Part shown: piece by piece, positions 30,695 through 40,323 of the stretch
How positions within the stretch are numbered: the first letter of the stretch is position 1
How the letters are laid out: each line of letters begins with the position of its first letter
Origin: Chloropicon primus
Taxonomy: Eukaryota
Direction: 5' to 3'
DNA: 64,000 bases
Assembly (NCBI GenBank): GCA_023205875.1
Contig: CP060766.1
Coordinates: 62,001-126,000 of the forward strand
Notes under the pieces: model-generated
What the model was told of the DNA's origin: nothing
Seen by the model: the letters and a program-made list of their open reading frames with translations, nothing else
The model's database searches: none
Translations under genes and position numbers: made by a program

Positions 30695-33037
30695 CTACAG
30701 CTCGTCCTTCGCCTCAAGCTCCTTCCTCGCCTCCTCCGGGAGGTCCTCCGGCTTGCTGGCATGGTCCCCGATCCACTCCAGCAGCCTGTCCTTGAGGAAT
30801 CCCTGCGTCTTGTTGAACTCGATGGGCATCATCTTGTTGCTCGAGGGAAACAAGTACGTGCAAGGAAAGTAGCCGATGTCCGGGAACTCCCTCGGTTTCT
30901 CGTTCTTGAACCCGTCGATCTTGCCGATCAACACGCTCTCCGTCCCCTCGAGGACCTCCGCGGCGTTCTTGAGCTCCGTCTCGTCGTAGTCCCACTTGTC
31001 ATCCATGGGGGAGTAAAAGTGGATCACGACGTCCTTGGTGGGGTCCAGGACCACCTCCATGAGGTTCTCCCCCACCACGTCGTACACCGGGCCGACGTTC
31101 GACTCCCTGCTCGGCACGGGCTCCGACCTGAGTTTGTCCGGGCTCCCCAGCACGGTCTTGTCCCTGCCCACGAAGCCCTCCACCAGGCGCTCGATCCTCC
31201 CGAAAGTCAGAGGCCTGTCCGAGCTCGCCTCGATGCAGTACCTGTACTCCTCCCTGAAGTCCTCCAGGACGGCAAAGGTGGTCTCTCCGTCGAAGTCGCA
31301 CCTCAGATGGCTCAGCAGGTCCATCGCGGCCGTGTTGTTGCTGCTCACGTGGGTGTACACGAAAGTCAGCCTCTTCGCGTTGGCCTTGGCCACGGGCCGG
31401 ACGACGTCCAAGATCTCCTCGTGGTGGCTCGTGTCGTTCCCCGCCAGCAGGATGTAGAGCATGGGGTTCCCCTTCCTCCTGAACTCTGGGAAGTTGTTCG
31501 GGGTGACTTGCTCCAGGACCTTGAACTGCGCTTTCCTCAGCCAGTGGAACACGGCCTTGGCCTTCCAAGACGACGACGAGGACAAGGTCTTCTTGTTCTT
31601 GTTCTTGTTCTTGTGGTGGCGTCGTAACGGCTCCGGGTACCGTAACGGCTCCTCGCCAGCCTTGAGAGCGAGAAGCGTGATGCCGGTGCTGGAGGAGGAC
31701 GAGGAGGACGAGGAGACGAGGCCCGAGACGTTGGAATTGGCCTCGTCGTCCAGGTTGCTGTTGCTGCTGTTGTTGTTGCTCTTCTTCTTCTTTTCCTCCT
31801 CCTTGAGGAGGGCGAGGACGGTCGCCTCGGTCGTCTTCACGAAGACCATGCTCGTGTGCTTGACCAGCATCGCCCGGAACTTTTTTGCGGCGCCCTCGAA
31901 GGCCCTCTCGGCCGCCTTGGCCCGCCTCGCCTCGTCGCTTCCCTCGCTGTCCTCTGGCACAACGAAGAGGGCCACCCTCTCCATCCGGGTCAGGACGTCC
32001 TCCAGGGCCTCGGCGCCGCCGTCGACGTCCAGCCAGGCCGGCTGGAGCTGCTCGACCAGGTAGTGCTGCAGCTGCCTCGAGCTCCTCACGGAGGGGGCGT
32101 CCACCGTGACCACGTCCCCGTCCCGGAAGAACAGCTTGAGCTGGGGGAAGCTCGTGACATGGAGCCTCTTCATCACCTCGAAGGATGCGATCCCATCCAC
32201 CCTGCCCACCGAGAGCTGCTTGTTCTCCTCGTTGACCTGGCTGGCGACGTGGGCCAGGAGCTTGGCGAGCTGCCTGCACCCCTTGCACCTCTCCGCCCTC
32301 TCGAAGCACAGCACGAGCGTCAGGTTGGCCCGCTCCAGGTACGGCGCCAGCGTCCCCGCGTCCAGCAAGGGCACGAGGGAGTCGTCGTACTCCTCCTCGG
32401 GGAAAGATGCCACCTTTGTCACGGTCAGGTCGTCGTCCAGCCACTCCGAGTCCAGGAGTGGCCGCGGTGGGCCATTCTCGTCCTCGTCCTCGTCCTTCCA
32501 CCGCTTCCAGTCCACCCCCACCTTGCTCCTCAGGGGGTCCTTCGGGTCCCGAAGCAGCCTCGGCCAGTACATCCACTGCCACTTCTTCCTCACCGTCAGC
32601 AGGACTCCTTCCTTGGTTGTTGTCGCTGCTGCTGAGGACGAGGACTCTATCCTGCGAAAGTAGTGGAGCAGGAGGCAGTATGGTGGTGGGGATGATGGTG
32701 AAGAGGAGGAGTCCTCGCCGGACGACGACGTCGCCCGGACCAGCAGGTGGGTGTCGTTCTGGTGAACCACCACGGAGGATGCCACGAGGGAGGGCACAAG
32801 CACCCTGATGTACAGGAGCTCGGACCTCTGAGCCCACAAGACCCTCGGCGTGGTGGTGGTGGTGTCCGTGGGGCAGGAGAAAAAGCTTGTTGTTGTTGAT
32901 GTTGTTGATGATGATGAATGGTGGTCCAATGCAACAACATCATTTTGGTCTGGTGGTGGTGTGGCTGCTGCTAGTGGTGGTGCAGCAAGCAGCAGCAGCA
33001 GCAGCAGCGATGTGGTCAGCAGGAGCAGCAGCCTCAT
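30695..33037 (-). CDS. ER-lumenal p23/CS-domain + PDI-like thioredoxin-fold protein
   Basis: Leu-rich signal peptide; PRVLWAQR...YWPRLL...VGVDWKRWKDEDED; CKGC thioredoxin domain; LRSEPVP..GPVYDVVG; C-terminal KDEL. Confidence 0.8.
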   Translation of the reverse strand: MRLLLLLTTSLLLLLLLAAPPLAAATPPPDQNDVVALDHHSSSSTTSTTTSFFSCPTDTTTTTPRVLWAQRSELLYIRVLVPSLVASSVVVHQNDTHLLVRATSSSGEDSSSSPSSPPPYCLLLHYFRRIESSSSAAATTTKEGVLLTVRKKWQWMYWPRLLRDPKDPLRSKVGVDWKRWKDEDEDENGPPRPLLDSEWLDDDLTVTKVASFPEEEYDDSLVPLLDAGTLAPYLERANLTLVLCFERAERCKGCRQLAKLLAHVASQVNEENKQLSVGRVDGIASFEVMKRLHVTSFPQLKLFFRDGDVVTVDAPSVRSSRQLQHYLVEQLQPAWLDVDGGAEALEDVLTRMERVALFVVPEDSEGSDEARRAKAAERAFEGAAKKFRAMLVKHTSMVFVKTTEATVLALLKEEEKKKKSNNNSSNSNLDDEANSNVSGLVSSSSSSSSSTGITLLALKAGEEPLRYPEPLRRHHKNKNKNKKTLSSSSSWKAKAVFHWLRKAQFKVLEQVTPNNFPEFRRKGNPMLYILLAGNDTSHHEEILDVVRPVAKANAKRLTFVYTHVSSNNTAAMDLLSHLRCDFDGETTFAVLEDFREEYRYCIEASSDRPLTFGRIERLVEGFVGRDKTVLGSPDKLRSEPVPSRESNVGPVYDVVGENLMEVVLDPTKDVVIHFYSPMDDKWDYDETELKNAAEVLEGTESVLIGKIDGFKNEKPREFPDIGYFPCTYLFPSSNKMMPIEFNKTQGFLKDRLLEWIGDHASKPEDLPEEARKELEAKDEL

Positions 33038-33566
33038 CGCTATCGTATCGAGTCAGTATATCAATAGCGGTCGATCAACAGCAGCAGCAGCAGCAGCAGC
33101 AGCACAATTGTTTTTTGTGTTTTTGTTTTTTGTGTTTTTGTTTTGTGTGTGTGTGTGTGTGTGTGCTGATGGTCTTGGTGGGATAGAAGACCGATCCGAC
33201 CGAAGAACGGCGGCGGTCCAAGCGACCGAACGACGACCGAACGACGACCGAACCGCCAACCAACCAATCAATTTCCTTTTGACCTCAAGATGCTGCTGCT
33301 GCTGCTGCTGATGCCGTTCTTTCTTGGAGTCGTCGCCGTCGCCGTCGCGGTGGTGAATGAATGAATGGATCAATGGATCGATGGATCGATGGTGTGAACC
33401 AATTCCAGCAGCAACCAAGTTGGAGCCTCTGGAAGTCCAAGCCCCAAGTCCCTCTCCACCTCCTTGAGGAGCTCAACTAACAAAACTGATAGGGAAGAAG
33501 AGGAGGAGAGGGAGGAAAGAGGGAGGAGGAAGGAAGGAAGGAAGAGGTGCCACGTGATGATAAATC

Positions 33567-34865
33567 GACGACAACAAGGTGATACCAAAAGATGATACCA
33601 AGACGACAACAAGACGACAACAAGATGACAACAAGGTGATACCAAGACGACAACAAGGTGGTACCCTAAGATGATACCAAGACGACAACAAGGTGATACC
33701 AAAAGATGATACCAAAAGATGATACCAAGACGACAACAAGGTGATAACAAGGTGATACCAAGACGACAACAAGGTGATACCAAAAGATGATACCAAGACG
33801 ACAACATGGTGACAACAAGACGACAACAAGATGATACCAAGATGACAACAAGGTGATACCCTAAGGTGATACCCTAAGATGATACCCTAAGATGATACCA
33901 AGACGACAACAAGGTGATACCCTAAGATGATACCAAGACGACAACAAGGTGACAACAAGATGACAACAAGGTGATAACAAGATGACAACAAGGTGATACC
34001 CTAAGATGATACCAAGACGACAACAAGGTGATACCCTAAGATGATACCAAGACGACAACAAGGTGACAACAAGATGACAACAAGGTGATAACAAGATGAC
34101 AACAAGGTGATACCCTAAGATGATACCAAGACGACAACAAGGTGATACCCTAAGATGATACCAAGACGACAACAAGGTGATAACAAGATGACAACAAGGT
34201 GATACCAAGATGACAACAAGGTGATAACAAGGTGATACCCTAAGATGATAACAAGACGACAACAAGATGACAACAAGATGACAACAAGGTGATAACAAGG
34301 TGATACCAAAAGATGATACCAAGACGACAACAAGATGACAACAAGATGACAACAAGGTGATAACAAGGTGATACCAAAAGATGATACCAAGACGACAACA
34401 AGGTGATAACAAGGTGATACCAAAAGATGATACCAAGACGACAACAAGGTGATAACAAGGTGATACCCTAAGATGATACCAAGACGACAACAAGGTGATA
34501 CCCTAAGATGATACCAAGACGACAACAAGGTGATACCAAAAGATGATACCAAGACGACAACAAGGTGATAACAAGGTGATACCCTAAGATGATACCAAGA
34601 TGACAACAAGGTGATAACAAGATGACAACAAGGTGATAACAAGATGACAACAAGGTGATACCCTAAGATGATACCAAGATGACAACAAGATGACAACAAG
34701 ATGACAACAAGGTGATACCAAGATGACACCAAGTTGATACCAAGATGACAACAAGGTGGGAACAAGATGACAACAAGGTGATACCAAGATGACAACAAGG
34801 TGGGAACAAGATGACAACAAGGTGATACCAAGACGACAACAAGGTGGGAACAAGGTGGGGCACAA
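33567..34865. repeat. Variant minisatellite, 11-bp units AAG(A/G)(T/C)GA(T/C)A(A/C)C with 13-bp variants
   Basis: Interspersed AAGACGACAAC, AAGATGACAAC, AAGGTGATACC, AAGGTGATAAC, AAGATGATACC, CTAAGATGATACC, AAAAGATGATACC; AAGGTGGGAAC near the right end. Confidence 0.95.
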
Positions 34866-35120
34866 GAAGTTGCACGGCCTTTGGATGAGGCGGCCACGCT
34901 TCAAAGATGATGCCGTACGTGTGCGAGCAGCGCCAACGGAAGGAGGACGAGGACTACTTGCGAGGAAGTCGATAACGGTGGCGGAGATCTTTCGACCCAA
35001 AGCTTATGGGGCGGAATACATATATTGTATTTTAAGGGAAGCCTTCTGCCGTACCAGACTTTGTAGACTACAATGTACAGACTCGTCACCATGTTGACGT
35101 TTGTGGAGCGTCCATGTCAC

Positions 35121-36214
35121 TCAAAACCAGCGTCTGTAAAAGTCATGGCTCGGCTTTGCCCCCTCTAGTTTTGCACCGCTCGAGTTGCTTTCATGGGGCT
35201 TCTTCGCGATTTCCAGGTGGACCACGTCGCCTTCGTTCACACGGACGCGAGGGTGAAACGCGAAACGTGCGTGACGGCAGCGAGTCCAATCGTCGCACGA
35301 GCGAGCGCAAGAACAGGTACATGGGTCGCAGTCCACCTCCACCAAGGCCGGGCTGGCCGGCGAGCCGTGGAACTGCACCGAAAGCCATCCCGCGAACAAG
35401 TTGATCTCGCCACTTTGCTCCGCGTTGAAACGGCAGTTGAGTCTCATACTGCGCACATCCTCCGAGGTCGCAGTGAGCAAGTCCATCGTCTTGACCAACT
35501 CGAAAGGCGCGACCAGCTCGGGAGACTCTATATGGACGTCGTACCTCTGCTGGTCTGCAAGGCCGTCGCTCGCACGCCCCCGCTTGCCCATGCCTCTCCT
35601 GCGTTTCGTCCTCTGCCCGTGCGACTCTTCTTCGTCGCAGACCTCCACCATTGGTTCCTCTGACTCAAACTCCGTCGAGGCCGAGGCAGCTGGAGCGAGG
35701 AACACCTTGCAGTGAGAAGGGTACATGGCTCCGTCGGGTTTGAGGTACCTGTCTCTGGCGTTCAGAATCCTGTAGATCTTGGAGTGTTGCAGCCAGACAT
35801 CACCCGCCAAGTCGGACAAGATGATGTCCACCTTCCCTTGAATGTCCTCCTTCTTGGCTATGTTCTCGTCGTACACAGTGACGGTATCACCACCTAATTT
35901 GGTAGCATGCACGAGCTGCATGAGCTGCCTGGTAAAGACTTCCTCTTTCGTATCTGGCAGGATGTACACCTTCCTTGCCCCCGCTAAGGCGGCGAAGAAA
36001 CCGAGCACTCCACAACCGACGTCCAAGACCACTTTCCCCTGAAAGAGAGAGTCATTAAAAAAGATAGCGTCTCCGTACGCTTCTGGACAGCTCAAAACAT
36101 CCAGTAGCGGAGCAAAGGTAACCCAGGTAGCGTAGGTCAGGAAGGCTTCGTTGTCCCACGGCAGAGGAGTGTCCCCTTCCAAGGGCGGTGTGCCTTCGTC
36201 TTCCGCCGCCACCA
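35121..36214 (-). CDS. Degenerate protein-arginine methyltransferase-like protein (PRMT10-like)
   Basis: FQGKVVLDVGCG, ALAGARKVY, KVDIILSD, LNARDRYLKPDGAMYPSH, FAGWLSVQFHGS; catalytic motifs altered. Confidence 0.75.
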
Positions 36215-36639
36215 TGCTTGCTCTGTCTGCTCTTCGGTGGAGTGCCGCAAGCAAAACCCAGTCAACCAAACAACGACGTGTTCCATTAATTCTATGAAGA
36301 TGGGGTTCGATTCTCCCAACAACAATAGGATCCTAATCTGTGGAAAAAGAAAGAAAGCCTGGAATGATGAACATGATATTCACGGAGAAATAAATTCATG
36401 AAGCTCACATAACATTACCTATCCTGTTAGGCGTGAAACTAGTTTCGTTTGAGAGGCACTCTCGTGTGAGTTTTAGTGTTTCATTTTTTTCTGAAAATAA
36501 TCACATCGGCTCTTTCTCGTGAGCCTCTTATCCAGGGGGTATATAAGGCGAAGTCGACCAACAGAGCGCCTCACTTTTACGAACACGAGCTCGTACAAAC
36601 ACACACAACAACAAACCCAAACACCAAATCATCATCATA

Positions 36640-37242
36640 ATGGAGTCCGAGAGAAGATCCACCATGTCCAGCCTCAAGGGACAGTTGTCCAACGTCGAGG
36701 GCTCTGTCAAGAGCATGAAGGCCGCCGTCGTTGTCGGTTCCGTCTTGACCGTTGCCTGCTTGGCCGCCGTCTTCGGAGTCACCATCCTCGCCAACGAGGT
36801 CTCCAAGGAGGTTAAGGTTTCCAACGGAACCCTCACCGCCAAGAACGGACAGGCTGTCTTGACCACCAACTTGATCGCCACCACGAACGTCAACAGCGTC
36901 CTCCCAAAGGCCATTGAGTTGACCCACAACAACGTCGATATTGTTGCCAAGGTCAACGCCGTCGTTTCCGAGGGTGCCAAGACTACCTTGATCTGCGACG
37001 ACCTCGTCTACACCAGCGAGAACGGACAGGGCTCCACCCAGGTCACCTCTGGCTCCGTCTTGGAGTCCGTTTTGGACAACACCGTTGAGAAGAGAAACAA
37101 CGAAGATTCCAGCATGGATCGTTATTGTGATCGCCAAGTTCATCATTGGCGCTGGCTGTGACGGAATCGCCGCGAGCGAGGCTTTCCTGGATACGGCAAG
37201 GCCATCCAGAAGGCCATCCAGTTGTGCAGCGACTGGATCTAA
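36640..37242 (+). CDS. Membrane-anchored peptide-precursor-like protein, copy A (in-frame TGA at 37159-37161; probably disrupted or mis-called)
   Basis: Shared N-terminus MESERRSTMSSLKGQ...AVVVGSVLTVACLAAVFGVTILANEVSKEV; TLICDD; VEKR; the frame continues past TGA to TAA 37242 (...GYGKAIQKAIQLCSDWI). Confidence 0.65.
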
Positions 37243-37526
37243 AGGACCTGAATGAGAAACCCATATAATATACAGTTTTTTCGATATACAGTTTTTCGAT
37301 ATACAATTTAGTTCTGTTGGTGACCATCTTAGCCCGCGATCAGTAAAACATATTAGTTATGTACTTTGGAAGCCTTCTTTAAAGGCGATGCACTTGCACA
37401 CATACTTCTCTTCTCATGACTGGAGATGCAATAATTGATTTGGATACTTTTGTTAAGAAATTTCTTTCCACTGTATATTATATATTTCTTCCGAGTAAAA
37501 CCTTAAGGATTAGGAAAGGAAGTAAT

Positions 37527-38093
37527 TTACTGGTTCTCCTTCAACCACTCTCTGGCCCAAGCGGCACCCTTCTTGACGAGCCACTGAACGACGGCCATGA
37601 CGCACTTTCTCATGCTAGGCTTCCTCTTGCACTTCTTGCCGTAGTCCTGGTTAAGGCTTCTGAGCTCCAAGCTGTCCTCAGAGTCAAGGAAAGATCCCTC
37701 ACGGATGAGGACCTCCTCACCGATGACAACGATGTCGTCGCAGATGGTGGTGACGGTGGTTCCCTGGGTAACAACAGCGTTGACAGCGAAGACTCCGTTG
37801 AAGGAGCCGAAGTCAGCGACCACGCTCTCGGCAAGACCAGAAGCCTTGTTGGAGGTGTAGGTGGTGGTGGTCAAGACAGCCTGTCCGTTCTTGGTGGAGA
37901 GGGTTCCGTTGGAAACCTTAACCTCCTTGGAAACCTCGTTGGCGAGGATGGTGACTCCGAAGACGGCGGCCAAGCAGGCAACGGTCAAGACGGAACCGAC
38001 AACGACGGCGGCCTTCATGCTCTTGACAGAGCCCTCGACGTTGGACAACTGTCCCTTGAGGCTGGACATGGTGGATCTTCTCTCGGACTCCAT
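37527..38093 (-). CDS. Membrane-anchored peptide-precursor-like protein, copy B
   Basis: Same N-terminus; TTICDD; LELR then SLNQDYGKKCKRKPSMRKCVMAVVQWLVKKGAAWAREWLKENQ. Confidence 0.8.
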   Translation of the reverse strand: MESERRSTMSSLKGQLSNVEGSVKSMKAAVVVGSVLTVACLAAVFGVTILANEVSKEVKVSNGTLSTKNGQAVLTTTTYTSNKASGLAESVVADFGSFNGVFAVNAVVTQGTTVTTICDDIVVIGEEVLIREGSFLDSEDSLELRSLNQDYGKKCKRKPSMRKCVMAVVQWLVKKGAAWAREWLKENQ

Positions 38094-38501
38094 TATGATT
38101 TGGTGTTTGGGTTTGTTGTTTTTGTGTGTGTGTGTGTTTGTACGAGCTCGTGTTCGTAAAAGTGAGGCCCTCTGTTGGTCGACTTCGCCTTATATACCCC
38201 CTGGATAAGAGGCTCACGAGAAAGAGCCGATGTGATTATTTTCAGAAAAAAATGAAACACTAAAACTCACACGAGAGTGCCTCTCAAACGAAACTAGTTT
38301 CACGGATGATATGATAGGCCTTATCGTGTGAGTTTCATTGTTTTTTCTATTTTTCACAGCTTCCACCAGGCTCTCTCTTGTGATTTTAATTAATCCCAGT
38401 GGGGTATATAAGGCGAACTCAACACACAGAGCGCCTCACTTTTACGAACACGAGCTCGTACAAACACACACAAAAACAACAAACTCAAACACCAAATCAT
38501 A
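38094..38501. promoter_or_regulatory. Bidirectional promoter with two GGGGTATATAAGGCG TATA boxes
   Basis: TATATAA at 38190-38196 (-) and 38405-38411 (+), each about 90-100 bp from an ATG; further copies at 36540 (+), 40087 (-), 40302 (+). Confidence 0.75.
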
Positions 38502-39104
38502 ATGGAGTCCGAGAGAAGATCCACCATGTCCAGCCTCAAGGGACAGTTGTCCAACGTCGAGGGCTCTGTCAAGAGCATGAAGGCCGCCGTCGTTGTCGGT
38601 TCCGCCTTGACCGTTGCCTGCTTGGCCGCCGTCTTCGGAGTCACCATCCTCGCCAACGAGGTCTCCAAGGAGGTTAAGGTTTCCAACGGAACCCTCACCG
38701 CCAAGAACGGACAGGCTGTCTTGACCACCAACTCCTTCTTCACCGATAAGGCTAACAGCAACACTGAGTCCGTGGTCTTGAACTCTAAGGACGGTGCTAC
38801 CAGCGGAGTCTTCGCTGTCAACGCTGTTGTCACTGTGGGAACCAAGGCCACCATGATCTGCGACGACATCGTTGTTGTCAGCGAGAACGGTGCCAACGAC
38901 ATCACCATCGCTGAGGACTCCATCTTGAACAGCCTCATGCAGGAGGTTGAGGCCAGAAGTGTGAGCAAGTTGCCCAAGTGGCATCCATTCTGGTGGGCTG
39001 TTGGAAAGTTCAAGGCCTACATCTATGAGAACAGACAGGAGATCTGGGACTACGGAAAGAGATCTAGTGCTACCATGGACATGTGCGGTGTCGCTTGCGA
39101 CTAA
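38502..39104 (+). CDS. Membrane-anchored peptide-precursor-like protein, copy C
   Basis: Same N-terminus; TMICDD; VEAR then SVSKLPKWHPFWWAVGKFKAYIYENRQEIWDYGKRSSATMDMCGVACD. Confidence 0.8.
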   Translation: MESERRSTMSSLKGQLSNVEGSVKSMKAAVVVGSALTVACLAAVFGVTILANEVSKEVKVSNGTLTAKNGQAVLTTNSFFTDKANSNTESVVLNSKDGATSGVFAVNAVVTVGTKATMICDDIVVVSENGANDITIAEDSILNSLMQEVEARSVSKLPKWHPFWWAVGKFKAYIYENRQEIWDYGKRSSATMDMCGVACD

Positions 39105-39372
39105 AGAAGATCAATTGTCTAAAATATAATATGATATTTATGCAAAAAGTAACTACTTTTTCGAATTGAACGCAATGTGATGGAAGCACGGAATCTACAG
39201 CAGGAACAAGTCTCTGGTTACAAGTAACTTACTTGTGCGCCGTAGTCGACCTCGAGAAAACGTTGAACACCACCAAAGCAAACTTCAACATTGTCTGCGA
39301 AAGAATCAACTTTTGCATAAATATCATATTATAACAGAGATGGTGAATTTTGTTTTAGACAATTTATCTTCT

Positions 39373-39996
39373 TTAGCCGCAAGCGACACCGCACATGTCC
39401 ATGGTAGCACTAGATCTCTTTCCGTAGTCCCAGATCTCCTGTCTGTTGTCCCAGAGGTAGTCATATGCACCATGAATAAGCTTCGTGGTGTACTTCTCGC
39501 AAACCTTCTTCCAAGCACCAAACCAGCCGCACATACCGTTCACGCTTCTCTTCTCGACACTGTCACTCAGGTTGTTCAACATCGAGTCCTCAGTAACCTG
39601 GACATCGGTCTCACCGCCCTCCTGGGAGACAACGACGTCGTCACAGATGAGGGTAAGCTTGGTTCCCTGGGTGACAACAGTGTTGACGGCGAAGGTACCG
39701 GTCATGTCCTGATCAGCAAGGGTGACAACGGCGGTGGACGTGGAGAACTTTGCGGTGTAGTACATGTTGGTGGTCAAGACAGCCTGTCCGTTCTTGGCGG
39801 TGAGGGTTCCGTTGGAAACCTTAACCTCCTTGGAGACCTCGTTGGCGAGGATGGTGACTCCGAAGACGGCGGCCAAGCAGGCAACGGTCAAGACGGAACC
39901 GACAACGACGGCGGCCTTCATGCTCTTGACAGAGCCCTCGACGTTGGACAACTGTCCCTTGAGGCTGGACATGGTGGATCTTCTCTCGGACTCCAT
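39373..39996 (-). CDS. Membrane-anchored peptide-precursor-like protein, copy D
   Basis: Same N-terminus; TLICDD; VEKR then SVNGMCGWFGAWKKVCEKYTTKLIHGAYDYLWDNRQEIWDYGKRSSATMDMCGVACG. Confidence 0.8.
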   Translation of the reverse strand: MESERRSTMSSLKGQLSNVEGSVKSMKAAVVVGSVLTVACLAAVFGVTILANEVSKEVKVSNGTLTAKNGQAVLTTNMYYTAKFSTSTAVVTLADQDMTGTFAVNTVVTQGTKLTLICDDVVVSQEGGETDVQVTEDSMLNNLSDSVEKRSVNGMCGWFGAWKKVCEKYTTKLIHGAYDYLWDNRQEIWDYGKRSSATMDMCGVACG

Positions 39997-40323
39997 TATG
40001 ATTTGGTGTTTGAGTTTGTTGTTTTTGTGTGTGTTTGTACGAGCTCGTGTTCGTAAAAGTGAGGCCCTCTGTTGGTCGACTTCGCCTTATATACCCCACT
40101 GGGATTAATTAAAATCACAAGAGAGAGCCTGGTGGAAGCTGTGAAAAATAGAAAAAACAATGAAACTCACACGATAAGGCCTATCATATCATCCGTGAAA
40201 CTAGTTTCGTTCGAGAGGCACTCTCGTGTGAGTTTTCGTGTTTCATTTTTTTCTGAAAATAATCACATCGGCTCTTTCTCGTGAGCCTCTTATCCAGGGG
40301 GTATATAAGGCGAAGTCGACCAA

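Larger units (their letters stand above)
36432..40323. repeat. Overlapping inverted-repeat array
   Basis: Arms about 36432-36868 / 37864-38304; 38175-38732 / 39766-40323; inner arms about 39030-39124 / 39353-39447. Confidence 0.92.

Noticed and set aside
33567..34865. CRISPR-like array, or the repetitive ORFs (SSWYHL/SPCC) on the minus strand
   Set aside because: There are no unique spacers; units abut directly. The ORFs are by-products of an 11-bp period that cycles through frames.
36137..36340. EHVVVW peptide as the missing epimerase C-terminus (DAVVWNPW)
   Set aside because: The match is only VVW, with no NPW or CVE; it is more likely 5' UTR sequence of the PRMT-like gene.
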